Shown: positions 58,630 to 64,000 of the stretch, piece after piece
Numbering within the stretch: position 1 is the stretch's first letter
Layout of the letters: each line of letters starts with the position of its first letter
NCBI RefSeq assembly: GCF_009914755.1
Contig: NC_060946.1
Length of the DNA stretch: 64,000 nt
Reading direction: 5' to 3' (one strand)
Source: the human T2T-CHM13v2.0 reference genome, Homo sapiens
Made by a program: the position numbers and the translations under genes
Notes under the pieces: model-generated
Database searches by the model: none
What the model saw: the letters and a program-made list of their open reading frames with translations, nothing else
Told to the model about the DNA's origin: nothing

Positions 58630-61229
58630 TAACCTCTTTCTGCCTCAGTCGACTCACCTGGAAAACAGAGCACCTACCTCCTTCAAATGAGAAGAGAAGT
58701 AAAGGAGTATAAGGCCATCAGAACAGTACCTGGCCCAAGGGAGGCTATGGAAGTGCTTGTTGAATAAAAAAATGGCTTCATCTCTGGCCTAGCCCCAAAG
58801 GTTTGAGTTCCTGCCATTGCCACCCAGACAGCCCTGGGTGGAGGCCCTGCTGACATTGAAGAGTGCCTGCCCTCCTCCCCTCAATGCGGTAGACACTTTC
58901 CAAAACTTACGTCATCCTCACTCTCACTCCAGTGGGATAATGGGAGGCTTGGTGTACCTCATTCCCAAGATGAGGGAACAGGCTCTGAGAGGACCACATC
59001 GCCAGCAAGTGACAGGCTGGGACCAAGGCCAGGCCTGTCTGCCTCCTAGACTAGGCCTGAGTGAGGACCGGCCTGAGTATGGCCCACCTGCTTCCTCCTC
59101 CGTTTAGAGCTTGGGCTGGAGCTGTCCTGGCCAGTGCTCTCTGCCTCACCAGGCTGCATGAGCCACAAGCTGCCACTTGTGGAGCTCGGTGGCCCTGCCC
59201 TCGACAGCCTTGCTGGTGGTCGTGAAGGCTCTAAACACCTGCATGGCAATGAGGCCAACCTTCTCCGCTTGATCCGTTTCAGGCTCTGGCTCCGCTACTG
59301 CATCGTGTGCTTCTGTCCAAGAGGCAGAGAGACTGAAACTATCTGCTGCCGCCTGGATTCTCCCAGAGATTGCCTGGAACACCAGCTCGGGTCCTCGCAC
59401 ACCATCCTGGTAGGAATCTCTCAGTGACAATTGAGAGTTTGTGGGCTGGCTTAGGGCCAGTGGTGGGCAGGGAGTCAGCAGGGCGCAAGGGACTGGAGAG
59501 CTTGGCATTTCTCCAACAGGAGTTTCAGGGAGAGCTCAGAGGCCTGCTTATGTGACAGGTTTATCAGCTTGCCTGGCCCAGGGCCGGCTCTCATACCGTT
59601 TTGATTTAAATAATAGATTGCTCACAGAATAAATGTATGTTGGTTTAAGCTTTCACTTTCTCATAATCCTCTCTGCTGGCCCCTCCCACCATCTACCCCA
59701 TTTTGCCTCACTCTGGGGAGCCTGAACACCCTGTTCCAGAGTAGGGGCATAGGGAAACACTTCTATGGCTTCTGAGCTGCTGGGCAGGGCCAGTCCCTAA
59801 AACAAGGAGAGCTGGGAGGGAGCTGGACCCCAGGATGGAGTGCTGAGAGCTGAAAGTCCTATTTAACAGAGGGGAGGGAGCAGAGATCCCAAAAAGGGAA
59901 AGGCCTGGCCAGGTCCCACAGCAAGTCAGGAGCAGAGCGGGCCTGAACTGTGAGATCTCCAATCTCTCCAAAGCCTTTGGGTAAGAAGTCCGCCTAAAGC
60001 AGTGAGATCAGTGGGGTCTGAGGAAAATCCTTTTCCTCACTGCCTCCATCCCAGTCCTGGGACCCAACACCATCCTGTCCTCACCCTCCTTGGCCATCTC
60101 CTTTTGCCCTGAGAAGCTGTTATGCATCCAGCCAGACTGGGAATGTGCTGGAATCCATGCACCACAGGGGATGGATGCGCCGCTTACAGTCCCTGTGGGC
60201 CATGGCTGTGAGGGAAAGTCAGAGCTGGTGGCTGGGGTGTGTAGGCCCAGGAGGACCCCTGCCTCCTCCTTAGCCTTGGAGCCCCCCTCTGCTGCTGAGT
60301 CTTTCCTCATCTAGCAGGGCCCCACTGCCCCCAGACCTTACCTCCTGGCTTAGCACATGACTTCCCCACTCTGGGCCTCAGTATCCCCCCGGACATCTCT
60401 AAATTCCTTTCCCGCCTGCCCTGCCTGTCTTCTGGTTGGGCTGAACTGTAACTCCCCACACAGGGCTGAGGGTGACTGTGGCATTAGGCTTCTGGCTGGG
60501 AGCCCACCCTGATGGTGCTTGGGGAGGAAGGGAGACACTTCCCCCTGCCAAGGGCAGCCCTAGGACTACTCTGCCCCCAAGGCCCCCTGCTGCTGGTGAT
60601 GCGCACCTCCACCCGCTGCATGCTCTCCCACACGGGGACTCCCACACGGGGACCCCCAGGGCCTGGAGGGAACACACAAGCACTTTGTCTCTGGCTTGCT
60701 GTCTCCTAACCCCACAGAGCTGCCCCTCGCCAAGTACAAGAGGCCTGGGGCTGGGTCCTGAGGGTGGCAAGCAGCACTGTACCCTGTGGGAGGCAGGCAC
60801 CAAGTCCTCTCACTTAGTCGGCTGTGGCCCCTGCCTCTGGTCTGTGCAGCCTTGTCCCCTGCCCAGAGGGCTGTGGTGGTGAGGCTGGCAGCCTGGGCTC
60901 AGACGTGAGCTTGCTGTGGGGCTCCATGTAGAGCTTTGCTCCTCCTGGGGCTCCCGACCCGCTCCTTCGCAGCTCCCCTTCTCAAGGAGCCCAAGCCCTG
61001 CCCAGATGTGAGGGCCCGCTCCCTGGAGGCCTCCTCTAACTCTCCAGCCCACAGGGATGGACCCAGGACCCCCACATCTTAGACTCCATGGGGGACTTGC
61101 CCAAAGAGCACCTGGGGGAAGGTCAGTGTGACCTTTGTCCCACCCTTTTGGATAGACACAGCCACCCTTTCTCCCCACCCCAGCAGCAGGGCTGTTGCTC
61201 AGTGACCCTGAGGTTGGTGATGCAGAAAA

Positions 61230-61486
61230 GCAGAGGCGGGTGTCACTCTTTATTGCGGGGTCCACACTGTGGGTGCTGGGGCCCCTCCCACTGAGGGAAG
61301 GCTGAGCCTCTAGCCAGGGCTGGCCACCTGGCCACCTATGAGTCCATTCTTCTGTCCCCTTAATCTCAGGCTGAGCATTTACACTGGATTTCTGGGGGCC
61401 TGTGAGTCCTCCTTGACCTTCATCGCCCACTATCATGTGCTTGAGAGCATCACAAGTCAGTAGCAATGAGCCAGGTGGGTGGTGGG
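61230..61486 (-). other. LRRC75B: LRRC75B 3' UTR; poly(A) signal AATAAA on - strand at 61249-61254
   Basis: TTTATT on + strand about 235 nt past the stop. Confidence 0.7.
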
Positions 61487-62012
61487 TCACCTGGCACAGC
61501 AGGCCTGGGGCTCGGGTCCCAGCCCAGCAGCTGTGGAGTCCCAGGTGGAGGCAGGGGTGGTGGCCCCGGCCGCACTGCCCTCAGGCTCAAGGTCCAGGCC
61601 CTCGTAGATGGTGGGGAGTGAGGTGCGCTGGCTCAGCCGCCGGCGCAGGCCGACCAGCAGGGGCTGGGGCAGGGAAGCCACATCCACGTTGTTGCCCAGG
61701 TCCACCCAAGCCAAAGCAGGGAACTTGGTGGTGTCCTTGATGGCATCAGTGAGCTTGCGGGCAGTGGCCCGCGTCAGTCGGTTGCCGTTGAGCAGGAGCT
61801 GGGTGAGGCGGGGCAGCGCCCACAGGCTGGGCAGCAGGAGGTGCAGCAGCTCATCACTCAGCCCCGTGAAGCTCAGGTCCAGCACCGCCAGCACAGCACC
61901 ATGGCTGCTCAGGTAGCGTGTGATGTGTTGCACGTCCTGTGTCGACAGCGGGATGCCTGAGAGGTCCACAGTCTCCCCTGCCAGCAGAGTCTTCTGGAGG
62001 CTGCTCTTGAGG
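61487..62012 (-). CDS. LRRC75B: Leucine-rich repeat-containing protein 75B, last exon (LKSSLQKTLLAGETVDLSG...PQACCAR*)
   Basis: LRR motifs LAVLDLSFTGL, LTQLLLNGNRL, LAWVDLGNN; CCATAG acceptor, phase matches the upstream exon. Confidence 0.92.
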
Positions 62013-62139
62013 CTATGGGAGAGTGGCAGGTGGGGATGGACTAGGCAACCAGGCAGTCCCCCCACTGACCACAGACAGTGACCTGTCGGGAACAGCCCAG
62101 GCCTACAGTCTGGCAAAGCCAGATTCAAACTGTGTCTTT

Positions 62140-62430
<291 letters not shown>

Positions 62431-63814
62431 CCCAAACTGTCACTTTCTAAGTGGGTGGCCATGGGCAATGCTCAGAGGCTCAGTTTCCCCTTTGGTGAAA
62501 ATGGGACGTGGTTGTTGTGAGGATTAAATGCACACACAGTAAGGCTCTTTCTTCATGAACTATTATTTGAAATCTCACTGTGTGCCCAGCATCCCACACC
62601 TGTTTTATTGACATCTCACTTATTTTTCAGATAGGTGAAGTAACTCTTCCATGGCCACACACCACTAAGCGGGGAACCAGGTCCTCAAACTGAGATGCTC
62701 TGACTCTTGAGCCCACATGTTTTTTTCCCTGTGCCCCTTCTGATGTCGATTCTTTTAGGGTAGGGAGAAATTCTCCTACAAAGGGACGGCTATTAGGCTG
62801 TACAGGGCACCGGGGATAGAGAGGGACAGGCCCACAGTAGTGAAAGGGGAGGTCCTGGGTGTGCAGGCTGGGGGCCGGCCATGAGGGAGGGCTCCCCGTG
62901 TTTTCTCAGTTAGAAGGGAAGTTCAGAGACTGAGAAGGACCCCCGCCCCCACCAACCCTCTAGGTCTCTCCCCAGTTATCTGAACAGAGCCCACTAGGCA
63001 GACAGGCCTTTTGGGGGACTGACAGCAGTGAGCACACCCTCAGGACCCCCACCAGCCATGGCAGGGAACAACCTTGTGGGGTCCAAGCTCAGCGTGGCCT
63101 ATTAGGCCCAAGGTGGGACAGGGGTGGAGGGCAGACAGGGGAGGCCTGCTAGGGTAAGCTCCCGGCAGCAGTTCAGGCCTCTGGGCCTGGGTGCCTGTGG
63201 CCAGCTCTGGACTGAGCCTGTGTGTGAGGCTCCATGGATGGAGTCACTCCAGGATGGAGTGTCTGAGAGGGACCCATGGCAGAGGGAGCTATTGGGCAGC
63301 CACGGAAGCCTCAGTTTTAGGCAGCCTGGCAGTGGCAAAGAATTCCCAACAAGGTACAGGAAAATCAGGGTAGAGTGTGGCCTTAGGCAAGCCACTTCTC
63401 CGAACCTGTTTCCTTCCCTCTAAAATGAGAATCGCGATCCAGAATCTGCCTCCCCCGCAACCTGTTGGGAAGTCTCAGCTGAAGATGCCTACTGAGGTCA
63501 CCTTGGCTGTTGGGTGGAGGGGTGGGGTGTCCAGGCCGTGTAACAGACCAGGGATTGAGGGATGTATGAATGGCAGGAGGCAGGACCGTCCTGTGGGAAA
63601 TGCCAAACGGGTCACTCAGAGGGTGCAGCTTGGCTTGGGGAGCATCTGCTACCACGGGCCAGGCTGACTTCCAGGGTAGGGCCCTCATGCGGACCAGGTG
63701 AGGGCCTCACCAGGTGGGATTTCAGCACCAGCCTCTTGGTGAGAGTGCAGGTGTCAACCTGAGAAGGGACCTTGGAGCAGCAGTGAGGAGGGGCAGTGGC
63801 TGGGCTACCCTTAC

Positions 63815-63930
63815 CAGCTCTGGGTCTTCCTCTGGCGCAGGCTGGACCCTTGCTGCTGCTTCGAGTGAGGGGTGAGGTGGTAGATGAGCTGTCGGCAGAT
63901 CTTGTCCGAGGACTTCCAGAGCTCATAGTC
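63815..63930 (-). CDS. LRRC75B: LRRC75B penultimate exon (DYELWKSSDKICRQLIYHLTPHSKQQQGSSLRQRKTQS)
   Basis: CCCACAG acceptor, TG|GTAAG donor, 116 nt, in frame with the last exon; gene continues beyond the window. Confidence 0.9.
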
Positions 63931-64000
63931 CTGTGGGAGGGCAGTGTCACCATGGTGAATCTGAGCCCCTCCTGCCCACCTCAGGGCCTTGGGGAGAGGG

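Noticed and set aside
60810-61490. 226-aa ORF overlapping the LRRC75B stop codon
   Set aside because: GTG start, different frame, and it runs past the LRRC75B poly(A) signal

Overview
Eukaryotic DNA, human-like and very Alu-rich, that I recognise as the UPB1-GUCD1-SNRPD3-LRRC75B segment of human 22q11.23, upstream of GGT1. It holds the last coding exon and 3' UTR of UPB1 (+), the complete six-exon GUCD1 gene (-) plus an in-frame alternative first exon, and the complete SNRPD3 gene (+; Sm D3, 126 aa). GUCD1 and SNRPD3 share a CpG-island bidirectional promoter. The window ends with the last two exons of LRRC75B (-). I checked exon boundaries, phases and translations by hand. The rest is repeats: dozens of Alus, old L1 pieces, MaLR/ERVL LTRs, MER DNA transposons and a ~7.7 kb decayed LTR40/HERVL40-like provirus. 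Almost all short ORFs in the supplied track are Alu-derived or antisense noise. There is no CRISPR array, rRNA or tRNA, and I found no wholly new multi-gene system. Best leads: (1) GUCD1 has a C39/papain-like Gln-Cys-His-Asn motif set rather than cyclase motifs; (2) a strong-Kozak out-of-frame uATG opens a spliced 59-aa overlapping ORF in GUCD1; (3) two independently inserted inverted AluY elements share a 185-nt homogenised tract; (4) the ERVL-type provirus carries a gamma-type env TM remnant; (5) the UPB1 poly(A) signal appears LTR-donated; (6) SNRPD3 intron 1 has a recursive-splice-like CAG|GTGAGT. Repeat boundaries are approximate and family names come from recalled consensus sequences.
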